Part shown: piece after piece, positions 25,401 to 38,200 of the stretch | Position numbering within the stretch: the first letter of the stretch is position 1 | Layout of the letters: each line of letters opens with the position of its first letter | Assembly: GCA_030704615.1 (NCBI GenBank) | Contig: CM060732.1 | Coordinates: 74,462,001 to 74,526,000, forward strand | Origin: Takakia lepidozioides | Taxonomy: Eukaryota > Plantae > Bryophyta | Length of the DNA: 64,000 nt | Direction: 5' to 3' | Program-made: the position numbers and the translations under genes | Notes under the pieces: model-generated | Told to the model about the DNA's origin: nothing | Database searches by the model: none | The model's input: only the letters and a program-made list of their open reading frames with translations

Positions 25401-28280
25401 TCCAGTCTGCTGCAAAGTCTGCAAAGTTCGCTGACCGCTCAGTACTGTTTGCACATACTGAGTATGTGTGTGCGGGGCAGTCTGCTGGGAGTGATCCGGC
25501 CTATTACCCGGGACGGTCTGGTGCACATGCTTGGTCTCCAGCACTTGGGCAGTCTGCCCACATGTGTCGTGGGGAATATGTTGTTCGACATTCTTGTGGC
25601 CAGTCTGCTGGACAGTCTCCCGAACTCCTTGTAAAGCCAGGACAAGGTCCCTTGCACCTCTGGCAAAAGAGTCAAAAGTAGCCTGCACTTGCTTGTCTCC
25701 CAGATCAACTCGCCCTGCAACACATGTTTATGCAAATGTGAACTTGTAAAAAAGTTGGCAAAAGAAATTGAGCTGAAACACGAAAGTTGCCCATAACATT
25801 TTACCTTCCAAGAGATTTCCGACGAGGCCAATGTCCTTGATTTGCCGGCACAGGCATGCTCCATCGAGATGAGCAATGGCGCCGATGCGGTCTTCAGTTG
25901 GGATCCCACACCACATGACTTTGAAGACATTGGGATTCTGCAAAACAATGTCGAATACTGCTCGCTCCATCACCAATGCCGAATACTGCTCGCTCCATCA
26001 CCAATGCAAACCAGTGCAATGCGTCATCCACCACAAACTTCTGTGAATGGTCTGTTCCATGGAGTAAGTCCATCCTCAAACTATGCAGATTCTTCATCAA
26101 CTTGTTGTATGAGCGGAAATTGCCAAATTGCATCCATCTGTGTTGTAGGAAGGAAGCTGCCATGCGCTCAAAGTCCTCCTCAGTCAATCCGAACAAGTGC
26201 TTTCTTCGCACCCCAAAGGTTGGATGTGCCATAGGCATATGTCTGAGGTCTTCAGGCCGTGGGTCATCCAGGAGAATCAGCTGTACAAGTAGAGGCGGCG
26301 CATTTTGGTCGCTTGTGGCTTCAATGGCAACAGCAGAGGCGGCTTCTAGAACATGGTTGGCTTCCTCAATAGAAAACTCCATGGAATAATGAAAGGGTAC
26401 AAATGACCACCAGCGGTCCGCAACAATCCGGTGGAGCTCATTATGCCAATCCAAATGGGGATTAATTTCTCCCACCCTAAGCCGGGGAAGTGTGAGGTCT
26501 TCAGCTCCGGGTCGAATTACCGGTGATGGCGATCGCCAAACTGCAAAAAGCGTCGTGCTATGTGAGAGAAAGGCAGTCTGCTGGTCAGTCTGCTGGTCCG
26601 CAGTCTGTTGGATGACAGGACTTCCCATTGGCATGGGCTGCATGATGGGCTCCTGGAGAGGAGTCTGCAGGATGACAGGCTGCTCATTGGGAGTCTGCTC
26701 TGTTGGAGTCTGCTGGATGACAGACTGCTGAATGGGAGTCTGCTAGATGACGGCCTGCTGAATGGGAGTCTGCTGGATGGCAGACTCGGCTGTCCCATTC
26801 GCATTCCCCCCCCGACGCGTCTTCAATATGTAATGCCGCTATAGCAGCAGATGACCCATAATACTTCAATAATATGTACTCTCGCACGCGGTCCACTTCC
26901 GCACGCACTGCAGTCGCTTGTAAAGGAGCATCATTGCTAGGTATCTGCCAAGCCTGAATGGCCCTACGAATAGAAACACGTTCATCCTGGTACACGGCAG
27001 AGAACTTCGACGTCAGGAACATGGACGTGGACTCTATATTCACCTCATGCAGCGGACTGGACTCACAGACCAGCAGACTGTAACGTGCGCACGTAGGGTG
27101 GAGGCAACTAGTAGACTATACCAGTGGACTGGACCAGCGGACTGACAAACGGACTCAATAAGTAATGCAGCGATATAAAACAGACTAACTGACGAGCGGA
27201 CTGAGCCAGCGGACTGAGGAGAGAACGCAGGGGACTGACCAGACTGAATAGGCAACGTGACCCCGATGATGGACTCAAACAACACAGAGAACAGACTGGG
27301 CGGTCAGACTGACCATTACCTCCTCTACTTCATCATCGTCATCTTCATCTTCAAAGCTGTTCAACCAGTTCTGTTCCGCCTGTCGGATTAATGTGCGTAG
27401 CAGACCTGACTGGGCAACTCTGTAGAAATAACGGAAGAAGTCTGGATCCCCAATTGGTGGGCACTCTGGTGGGAAAAGCCAAAAGTCAACGAGGCACAAT
27501 GTGCCAGGGCAGACTGGCCCTTCAGTGCTCTGTTGAGTTTTTGGTTTTGACCCTAAACCGATGGCATGGGTCGCGATATTTATGTGAGTCTGCTGCCAAG
27601 TCTGGTCAGGCAAGTCAATGTCCACTGGACTTGTCACCCCTTCCAGGCCCTGAGCAGATTCACTTTCAGTATCAGTACTGATGGTGTGGGTCTGCCGCCC
27701 AGGACGGGGTTCAGTCTGTTGCGTGGATTTTGCCCTTGCCTCGCGAGCAGACCTTGCAGCCTTCTCCTTTTTTTGCCTTTCCTTTTTTTGGGCCCCATCA
27801 ATCAGTTTACGTTTTTTGGGAGCGTCCAGCGTTCCCTGCACTTGCAAATCTTCCATTGACGGGCCACCACAATGGACGCCATACCGTGCGCGCACTTCGT
27901 GTAATTCCAAAGTGCGGGGGGTCAAGCACTGATCCGCGCAAGCGCATTGTGGCCTCTTTGACAATCGACATTTCTTTCAGTATTGGCCAAGGCTTGAAAT
28001 CCCGTGGAATCATTGCAACAGTCTCCTTGCAACCCGTGTCAACACAATGCCGATTTAGTTGGATTTTGTCCTTGATTACCTCTTCACAGAAGGGACAGAA
28101 GAGCTTGTCCTTCTGCCAATTCGAGTTTTTGGGCTTCTGGGCGCAGAGGTCTACAAATGCTTCCACTATTTTATGATCAAACTCGTCTGGTGAGTACCAA
28201 TACCTTCGCTCCTTCTTCAGTCTGGTTTGGTGCACAAAATCCAACCAGTCCGCTCCACCTTTTTCACAAGCATCCTCCAT
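22483..28280 (-). pseudogene. MULE cargo gene: large multi-exon protein with Cys/His N-terminus, Q/T-rich repeats, basic patches and a C-terminal Ulp1/C48 (SUMO-protease-like) domain; frameshifted
   Basis: C-terminal exons give DLKECDFILVPIGDE | GHWSVCIIDLRKGCYTHLNS (catalytic H and D/N positions, ~22850-22905) and VPQQPFSWECGFYVMSFI (Q..C, ~22670-22710). Upstream ORF fragments 23198-28280 are on the same strand. Internal exon structure not fully resolved. Confidence 0.75.
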
Positions 28281-28819
28281 CGTTGCAGAATGAAACGAAG
28301 GTGCAAGGACAATGAGCGATAGAGCGACAGATAGAAGTCCTATGAAAAGACTCACCCTAAGCAAGAAGATGACACAGAATGGAATGGAAACACCATAGCA
28401 AGTGAGAACCTCACCGAGCCGATGAACTTCGAGTTGTTACGAAGGCGAGCGTGTTTGAAAACAAAGCAGTGCAAAACTGTGCGAAGAAACAGGTGTGAAG
28501 AGAATGGAGAAAGTAGAAGTAGAAGGGGGAAAGCGGGCATGGCACTGCCAACGTGGCGCGATTTCACAGGCGCCAACTATCCGCCGTCATCGCATTGAAT
28601 ACGTCCACCGAACGAACGGATCGTACTAAATTCATCCACACTCCTCGCAAGTGCAGCAGACTCATTTCCCATCGGGCCGAGAGTCCAGCGGACCGCCAGT
28701 CCAGCGGACTATTCGCTTTGCTGTGGCGAAGCGGCTTCATATTGGAGGCACTTCCCTGCCAGCGGAATGAAGACAAAAGAAAGTAAGGGGAGAACAGGAA
28801 AGTCGAACACACCCATTGC

Positions 28820-29461
28820 GAACAGACTCGCGGCACAACAGACTGATGCATGCACAGTCCAACAGACTGATATCTATAGAGGAGAACTGTCCAGCAGACG
28901 GACGTTTCGCCAGACTGGCGGGAGAACAAGCCAAAAGACTGACCGGAGGAAAAATAAGAAGTCAAACAGACTTAGTGCAACAGACTTTCGACACAACATA
29001 CTGACAAATTCACAAGTGCAACAGACTGATATCCCAACAGACAGACTTCCAACAGACCGTCTCCAAACTGACTGTTATGCATGCGATAAGGGGAATATCC
29101 GGAGCACTGACGGGCTAGCGGACCCACTGTGAACAAACTCGCGACACAACAGACTGATGCATGTACAGTCCAACAGACTGATATCCATAGAGGAGAACTG
29201 TCCAGCAGACGGACGTTTCGCCAGACTTGCGGGAGAACAAGCCAAAAGACTGACCGGAGGGAAAATAAGAAGTCAAACAGACTTAGTGCAACAGACTTCC
29301 GACACAACAGACTGACAAATTCACAAGTGCAACAGACTGATATCCCAACAGACGGACTTTCAGCAGACCGCCTCCAAACTGACTGTTATGCACGTGATAA
29401 GGGGAATATCCGGAGCACTGACGGGCCAGCGGACCCACTGTGAACAGACTCGCGACACAAC
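28820..29461. repeat. 311-bp direct tandem duplication (2 full copies plus the start of a third) upstream of the cargo gene
   Basis: GAACA(G/A)ACTCGCG(G/A)CACAAC starts at 28820, 29131 and 29442; copies highly similar. Confidence 0.9.
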
Positions 29462-30196
29462 GGACCTCAAACATCCACGCGCATTTGCAGATGCAATTGT
29501 CTCAGACATCTCCCGTCGTGGCTCAGACATCTGCATTCAGCAGGTGCGTGTGGATGTTTGAGGACCTTACGACTAGATGGTGTTCCGTGACGACTCGAAT
29601 TGCTTTTTTGTGCTGCCATCCCTTATATAATACCATGTGGATCCATCACAAAGCTGGGTTTTTTCAGATTCTCCACCCTTTTCCACAACTTATGCACGAC
29701 GGATGCAAGCCACTATACTTGGTCACATAAACAGTCCCATCGTCCGATACGAAATCTGCAATACACGCCCCCATGTGCATACGCTTCCACCATTTTCGCG
29801 CCCATGTTACCCATGGGTTCCTTTAACGAACTAAACTTGTGAAGGCTCTCATGAGGGATGCAGTACGAAGGGGCTAAACGTATCATGACGGATCACAAGC
29901 AGAGGACGTTATCGACGACAGATGTCCGCATTTTCCATATTTATGACATAGAACCAAACCATAAAACGAAGATTCCCGAAAGCACGACAAGAAGGCAAAA
30001 ATAGTGGAAGCATATGCACGATGGTGGCTGTAGTGCCCAGACAGTCCTCTCATGTTCAAGCACACGCTTCATCATCATCATGGACATCGCAAAAGAGGAA
30101 CAGTCGCGTGCATGGAAACGCCTACCGCAACATCGGACAACAAACAGCCGTCAAAAGAGAGCGGCCAGGATTTGGTGGGAAGATCATTGCCATTTT

Positions 30197-30639
30197 CGCA
30201 ACCCTAAAAATGGAGGGCTCGGATGGGTTATGGGAATGGACGGTGACGATCCTGCGCCGTCAGCGGACTGGATGGCAGGGGACTGGCCAGCGGACTGGCG
30301 GGCAGACTGGTGACTGGCCAGCACCGGACTGGCGGGTAGACTGGAGGACTGGCCAGCACCGGACTGGCGGGCAGACTGGCGGACTGGCAGACTGCTGGGC
30401 AGCGGACTGGCCAGCAGCGGACTGGCAGATTGGAGGGCAGCGGACTCTTGGGCGGGGGAGTGGCCGCGCGGCGGACGGGGGCGCGGGCGCGGTTGCTGCA
30501 GCCACGCCCGCGGCTGGGCGACCGCGCGCAGCGGTGGGCGGGGCGGGCGGGGTGCTGGGGAGCCGGGCGTCCGTGCGCGGGGCCCACCGGCCACATCGCA
30601 CGTACCCATTGAAGACCCTATTATCTAAAAATGAGAGGC
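30197..30639 (-). repeat. Right TIR of the MULE (~440 bp, extra subrepeat units)
   Basis: Inverted copy of 17910-18246. Confidence 0.95.
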
Positions 30640-30835
30640 GTTTTGGTTGTCATTTTGAGTGTTTGTTGAACAAGTTGGACTCTCTATAAGTTAGGCACTT
30701 TCCAGTAACAGCTAAGTTTGGTGAAGAAAAGAAGATTCCAACCAAAGGAGGTTGGGTAGCTCAGCAGACGACATATTCCATACATTCTCAAAATATCATG
30801 TGAATATGCTACAGTCGACCTTGGATATGCAGTGC

Positions 30836-30903
30836 TATGGAATAGGCCGCAACATGACATTGTGGCGGGTAAGGTACAATGTCATGTTGCGGCCCATTCC
30901 ATA
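30836..30903. repeat. Near-perfect hairpin: 28-bp arms, 12-nt loop
   Basis: TATGGAATAGGCCGCAACATGACATTGT .. ACAATGTCATGTTGCGGCCCATTCCATA, one mismatch. Confidence 0.9.
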
Positions 30904-32701
30904 ACGTAAAGGATTGCGTCGGCCGCCCTCTCATTGGCCTACAAGTCCTAATCAAACACATTATGTTTCATAATGTGCTAGTGGAAATGGCGTAATGTGC
31001 TAGTAGCATTAGGCGTGAATTCTGCTATTTAATCCTCCTCCAAAATACACCATACTAAGGCAGGCAAAATCTTTTACGTGCTAATTCTTTTTTTAAGGCA
31101 GGTAGGTTTTCCAATAATGCAGCCCCTGAATTTCAAGTACGAATCTGGTATACATAGGTGGCTTTAAAAAAAAATCAATCTGGATATGGGCAATGGTATC
31201 TTGAAAATTTGGCCATTTCAATAGCCCAAATGACCCATTCCAATATTGAAATGCCCATTTGAATAGTCCAAAAAAAACAAAAACAATCCAAATGACCCAT
31301 ATGAATATTTTCTGTCCTCTCTCTAAATGTTATCTTGCATCTGAAGGACCTGTTTTAATGTCAAATTTCTAATTGTTACGTTATGAGAATCAACCTGTTT
31401 TATTATTATTTGATATAACTGCCTAATTGTTATAGAGTCTATACTCTTGGAGCATAACAATTTTCCAGGTTGGACTGTATAGCGAAAGGAAAATAGGTTC
31501 ACTCCATTCAAATGCGAAACTAGCGAAAACTTTTGTGCTCATGCGAAACTATCTTTTATTAAATACAAAATTAGATTTTAAAATAAAAACCTTCGGATAT
31601 TCTCTTTTGGAATTATTTTGAAAAAAAACTGTTTGAAAATAAAATAAAAAAACTGTTTGTGCTCACGTGAACTCAGATTTTGAATTAGTTTCGTTGGCAA
31701 AATTGAGTCATTTTATTTTTTTAAGTTTTGTTTTTCTGGTATTCTCTTTTGGAATTATTTCGCAAAACGAAACTGTTTGGAATTAGTTTCGCTGACGAGA
31801 TATTGTTTTTTTTTAATTTTTGTTTGTTTTAGAGAAGAGGGACATTAGAGTTATCCGTTAAGTTGAGGGGATGGAGGATGAATTAGGCCAGTTTGGCCAA
31901 AAGACAGGCTGCAGTGTAATAAATGTCGAAAGAGCATGTGAGTAAAGTACAAGGGAGGAAATGAACGGACCAAACTCAAAACAACACCAAAATGAGCGTA
32001 AAACGTGTTTCATCCTGTATTTGGTTTTTGGCATTCCTTGTCGGGTAAGTGGTGAGTGGCGTGGCGTGGAACCAAGTGGGCAAGAGCTGGGGTGGGCCAA
32101 CGCTGACATGAGGCTAACACATGCTCGCTCCCTCTCTAGTTCCTCTTTTGGTACTAAGTATGCTCTTAGACTGAACGGATATGCGCAAAGTGCCCACCAT
32201 AGGCATTATGAAGGGGTGATGGTGATTTAACGGATAACTTTAACGGACCCAAACGTCGGAGAATTACAAAGAGGAAAAATAACCTTTGGGACAACTATTT
32301 ATATTATATATATATTATATTAAAAAATATTAAACTCAGTGTTTTGCTATTAAATATTTATATTTTACATAGGGTTTCAGTTTAAGCATACTGATAGACC
32401 ATGTACCTGACCCTATTAACGTAGCAATATTTTATGTCCGCGTTGACTTCTATTTCCGTTTGCAAACATATTTTCCACATAACCGTGGATTTTGCTCACA
32501 CCGGTTTTTTTTTTGTGCTCATGCCGTTTCTATTGAGATTTGTTAATCTTACCCTGATAATGTAGGTCTTGATTAGGTGTCCAAGAGTCACACTCTTGGA
32601 CGACGAACAATTGGATCTCTCTGTGAACAGTTAAGTCCCTACGGTTGCTTAAAGGAGTCTCTTGACGCCGTGTACAAATTAATTGTAATATACTCTTTGT
32701 A

Positions 32702-32706
<5 letters not shown>

Positions 32707-32735
<29 letters not shown>
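32707..32735. repeat. (TC)n microsatellite
   Basis: About 14 TC units. Confidence 0.9.
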
Positions 32736-32738
<3 letters not shown>

Positions 32739-33819
32739 TTCGCATAGTTTCTGCTTGCGCTGTGCTTATGCCATACAAGGTTGGGCATGTGAGTGTTGGC
32801 CAGTGGGTGTGAGCACAAAGGCATATTCTAAATATTCCAAGATATGCGACTGTGAAACCAAAATCCGCTCACATGGTAAGAAATACGAAACCATCTGAAA
32901 ACCATGTTCACGCGAAAAAAAATCATGAAATTAATTGTCCAAAGCTTAACTCACGTGAGCACAAAGACCCACAAATATATCTGCAAGAACTCAAAGATCA
33001 GCGCACATAAACATTGTGGCAAGAACCACCCACAAAAACGGATTTCGCCTGCGAAATTTGGTTTCGTCGGCGAAATTGGGGTTTGGTTTTGATTTTTGAT
33101 ATTTTTTTTTTAAGGTTTCTCCCTTTCAAGCTCCTTCTATATGTTTAACATTATATTTAGACACCATGGAGACCTTATTAACGCATAAAGACCCTATGTC
33201 CGTCTATTATATGTATTTCCGCTGACATACATATCACCCCTATAACCATGGATCCAGCTCACGCGGCGATTTTTTTGTGCTCATACCATCCCCACGGGGG
33301 TTGGTATCCTATGAGCATATCGTGTGCAAACTCACGTGAGCACGCTTGTGTGAGCACAACCCACGGTAATGGGGGTTTTATGTTTAAACCTCGGTCATAG
33401 GAGGTATATGTTTTCAGAATGGAATAAAACCATAAGCGGGTATAGAGGACTAGTGCATTTGTACAGTACATTTGCGCCAATTCACCGAGGCGAAACCTTC
33501 AGTAGTGTAGCCAAAAACCCTATACATGTAGTGGCAGTGAAGAAGTCAAAATATCTATGTATAACTCACATGAAAAGGCCAAAGGTCCTTTCACGGACTT
33601 TCATTTTCCTCAGATGGGGGAGGGGAGACCCTTCTTCATTCTATGAAGATTGTTCTATAAATATGGACTGGGTATAAAATTAGAAAATTGGGGCTGCAGA
33701 GATTCAAGGTGAGAAGGACCCCCATAGTAAATACATTGCGTAGCCATTTAATCTCCAGTGCAAATGTTAGAATGTTACAGAGTGCTCCGCTATGAATCGA
33801 ACCAATTCATTTCATATTA

Positions 33820-33979
33820 AGAAATACTTGGTGATATGGGCACAAACTAAGCAGCGGTGAATTTCGCACTGAGAAATATTTGGTGATATGGGTACAAACT
33901 AGGCAACGGTGAATTTCGCACTGAGAAATACTTGGTGATAGCACAAACTAAGCAAACGGTGGGTTTTGCATTGAGAAAT
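33820..33979. repeat. 52-bp minisatellite, 3 copies
   Basis: AGAAATA(C/T)TTGGTGATA..ACAAACTA..CGGTG..GCA starts at 33820, 33872 and 33924. Confidence 0.85.
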
Positions 33980-35202
33980 CCCATCACCCAAAAATCCTAC
34001 ATCCAAAAAGAATGGGTGGGGGCTTGAGAAGTGACCTATTCATCCTTTTAGCCACAATGTGATTGCTTCTCAGGTGGAATTTCGCTTGACGAAATTATCC
34101 ATGGGAGTTTTTTTAATTTTTATTTATAAATAATTTTAAGCAAGGGAGCCTTAAAGTTGAGGTGAAGCCTCACCGCCCACTCTCCTGCCTCTTGGAGAAA
34201 AAGCCACGTCTATAGGGTAACATGTTCATCAGGTATAGGGGCTACTTGTTCTTTATGGTTAGTTTCGCATAATTGTTGATTTCGTCAATTTCTATGCTCA
34301 CGTCGGAGTGAGCCGCTACCCAACCTCCCCCCCCTCCCCCAAAGAGGGCGGTTGCCGCAAGGTGAAGTGGCTCTTAGTTATGTCGACTATGGCCGGCTTC
34401 TCTCTTTCTAAGACGTAGTGTGGATATGTTATTTTTATTTTTATTTTTTTAAAGAGGGGAAGTAGCTCTCACTAAAACTTTATGAATAAGGGGAAAAAAT
34501 AAAACCCCATGGGGAGCCATGAAGAAAACACACCAACAAAAGTACCGAGGAACCCATAATCACAATAGAGAAAATAGCCATCCTCAATGATGAAACCCTG
34601 TAAGACTTTATTTACAACATGTACGATGGGTGAACGTACATAGGATGAGAAGTACCCAAAAGAGAGGGAGGAACAAGAAGAACAAGCAGCTCCTCGTCCA
34701 TGCTCTTTCCTTTAGTGATTTGGGATTGTTGTTTTATACTTTTTCCATGGCTTCATAAATCACACCCATCAACCCTCCATAGACTAGGCTTAATGGATAA
34801 ACCTAGTTCTCCGCCCAGGCAAGATATCTCCACAATGGCTCTATCTCGAATAGGAGCCAACAAATAGTGTGACGAGCACAAAAGACAAGGGGCGACCCGA
34901 TGTATATTTCTATAGGATGTCCATGTGAATCAGATGGAGATGGGTCGAATTTCATTTCCCTCCGTAGGAAGCACAAAGATTTGGGTGGAGCTAGTCCCCA
35001 TTTCTCTATGTGGAGAAGTTACTAAACCTCTAGGTGAGGACCTCTTCCTCTTTGCAACCTAGAGACTCAAAGGAACTCATCCTCTTGTACGTAGATCCGA
35101 GAAGCCTAGACGCCGGGGAGAAGGGGTGTATGACGAAGGCTTTCTCTTTCTACTGGTGGCCTTTCTCTAGTACCTGTCGATGCTGCACACACAAGCCAAT
35201 TG

Positions 35203-38200
35203 CTAACCCCCAATCTTCATGCGTCGAAGGGCAATGTATGCCAGTACACGATAGCCCACAACCATTATGAGCAACACCCAGGCCTCCTCCCCCCCTCCTC
35301 CCAAGCTAACGCCATGGAAATTGGGCAATGTGCCTAGACTCTTACATCCAGTGGGGCTGGAGCAGTCGTAAGTTTCACTGGCACGAAACTGGACCTTCAT
35401 GAACAGCTTGTAGGAGTAGTAGTTGAACGATATGTACTTCAACCATCTCATCCACACTGGCGTGTGCTGCGCATCACATACCACCAAGTGAGCACATTGG
35501 CAACTAGTGGGAGCAAATCATCTGAATACTGTACTGCCAATTGATGGGGTTGCAGTGTATATGTATTTGGCACCTAGCATCCTCTAACCTCACTAAAAGA
35601 AGGCAGCTTTGTGAAACTAGGAGCCAAGAAGATCACCTGAATGAAGAAGCCACCAGTGAGCATAAAAGCAAGCGAAACAATTGATGCCACAGTAGAGCCC
35701 TTTTTCACATCCATCACAGCTGCACCTATAAAAAAGCCTAGGCCCTGGACGACAATGCAGCTGGGCATGAGCTATGATTGTGCATGCCCTTTTCCTTGGA
35801 CCTGGTGGTTTACAGCTACATAAAACTACCAACGATCCCAAATCTCAAATGCCTCCATGAGCTTGATTACAGAAAGAAGGTTGCAAAGGCAGCTTGAACC
35901 AGAAGCTCCTCAAATGCATGAGCAATGTTTTCTCCCTTTGAAGAATTCCTGGCTACTGCTAGAAAACCTAATCAGGAAGAGAAGTTCAGGTTTACCTGAG
36001 CAGTAACAACATCCAGACAAAGTGTGAGCATAGTCAGGAAGAATATGCCTGCATTCATGTACAAATTGGTCATGAAGTAAACGATGATGATGAACAACAC
36101 CGGCATGATCAAGTCCAGCGGCAGATCTCCAAGCGTCCGGGCCAGAAAATAAGCACTCAACCGGTACATATCCGAGGCCCGCTCCTTTGACAACATTGCT
36201 CGTTCCAGAGGAAACGTGAAGATGGCTGTAAAGAGAGGAAAGAGTCCCCAAAATACAACCATAAAGAAAAACAATCCCAGCTGCAAACAAACGAACAAGA
36301 GTTAAATAATTGACCTTCCATAGTTATGGACCATAGTTATGGACCATAGTTATGGAGAGAAGGCGTACAATTACAAACTCAACAGTAGAACCACTAGCTG
36401 GCATGCTTAACAGAAAGAAAACACCAAAAAAGCAACTTTCTACAGTCCAGATGAACGGAGAAACTTTGACCAGTGTCTCAATTTTGTGGGCAAGATGGTT
36501 GTTTTTGGAGGGCCACCAAATGCTGCTGGATATACCTACACAGCTCTTCGCCGGTATAGACGAGCCTCAATTGATCACAGACTCCAGACAGAAAATGTTA
36601 GTAAACTAGGTATTACAAGTTGTGGAAGAAAGGGTTGAGAGAAAAGAGTCTGGCCCAAGCCAGCATAAATAAGAGCCACTTCCTCTTGCAAAGGTTACAT
36701 TCCAAGATGCAAGCACACCTGATCCTCGACTTGGCTGGCAGTACCACGCTTGGACTTAAACCAGAGGCAGCCCACAATGAAGGAGATGGTCGCAACTTCC
36801 ACAAACCGCAACCAGCTGAAGTATTCACCCTTCCTTTCCTTGAACCCTCGGATCATGAGCAGTTCAAACTGTTGCCACCATGTGGTGCTCCATTCCCTCT
36901 TCTCAGCGATGGCTGTCTTCAGTTCCTCTGTTGTTGCATCCAAATCAAACAGCTTTGTTCTTTCTTTGGGTTCCAATTGTTGCTTGAATGATTCCACCAA
37001 ATACTGTCACAGAGAAAACATATTCATGAGCTGCCGTTTGCACCCACATTGGGACATTCTAACAAAACTTGGAACCCACTCATTTATCTCTCGCTGTGTA
37101 GCACAAGATACCTCTGGCCATGAGAATGTTAGCTAGTCTAGTCAAAGCTGATCAATTTTATCTCCGCGGATGATGCAAATGCAACTTTTCCACTTCTTAG
37201 AGTGAGATGTAATACCTTTCGAACATCTTGTGGGGTAGGTCTCACTGGGCTTGCTTTAACGGCAGAGCTTGGCAACTGTACCTTACTCTCCAAAGAGGGT
37301 GGTACTGAGACATCACTGATATTGCCACTAGCTAAGTCCAGTAGGAAGTCAGCAGGATTCATGGCTCTCAAGGGTGACAAACCAATTGAAGTGAAGTAGT
37401 CCACTGAAGATGTTGCCTTTCCAAAGTAGAGGGCATATCCCTCTGAAAGCAGAAGCAGTTTATCGAACATGTAGAACAACGTGCTCGATGGCTGATGGAT
37501 CGTTGTCACCACTGTTCGCCCGGCCTGTCACAGAGATGGCCAACCATTGATCCCAAGTTGTTAGAATGTGCTAAGATCATAGAGAAGCACCAAAGCTGTT
37601 TGAATATATCCCTATGCACTGCCATGGGGGCGCCACAACTGACATCTGCAGCAAATGAATGCTTCACCAGCATGAACTTCCCAAAAAAAATTGGGCAACA
37701 CCCGGTAGCGACCGCTCACAATTCAGGCCCCTTAATTATAGTGAGAGGAAAAAGTAGCCTCTTTCAAAGTAACCTCAAAGTTCTCTCCTGGGACAGCGCC
37801 CAAGGGAAGGGGGAGAAGGGTGGTGCTCAGAATTTGAATCCAGAATCACCTGGGTGGCACCGGTGCACTATCCACTGGTGGTTATTGAACAAAGGCGTTA
37901 TGAAGTTTACTGACATTTTGAATTCAATAAGGATTCTCTCCATGGTATTGTAGGGACTCTTCAAAAACATATCTTTGCGTTTAGGTACTCCTATACAAGC
38001 ATTGGTCCACCAGTACCTCTGCTATGTTCTTGATTACTTGGATAATTCGGAGGGCAGTGGTGGAATCGAGGCCCGAAGTGGGCTCATCAAGAAATAGTAA
38101 GGAGGGGTCGACCAAAATTTCGTGACCAATGCATACACGCTTTCGTTCACCTCCTGAAACTCCTTGCATAAAAGGTCCCCCAATGATCGTATCCCGACAC

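Larger units (their letters stand above)
17910..30639. mobile_element. Complete Mutator-like DNA transposon (MULE), 12730 bp
   Basis: Termini GCCTCTCATTTT(A/T)AGATAATAGGGTCTTCAATGGG.. are inverted repeats. Perfect 9-bp TSD GTTTTGGTT at 17901-17909 and 30640-30648. Internal DDE/SWIM transposase. Confidence 0.95.

Noticed and set aside
29766-30030. Imperfect ~30-bp inverted repeat inside the MULE
   Set aside because: Several mismatches, no TSD and no supportable function.
31500-33500. Scattered TGTGCTCAC/GTGAGCACA motifs and a 13-bp inverted pair (31849/32227)
   Set aside because: Probably old TE debris; no definable ends or TSD.
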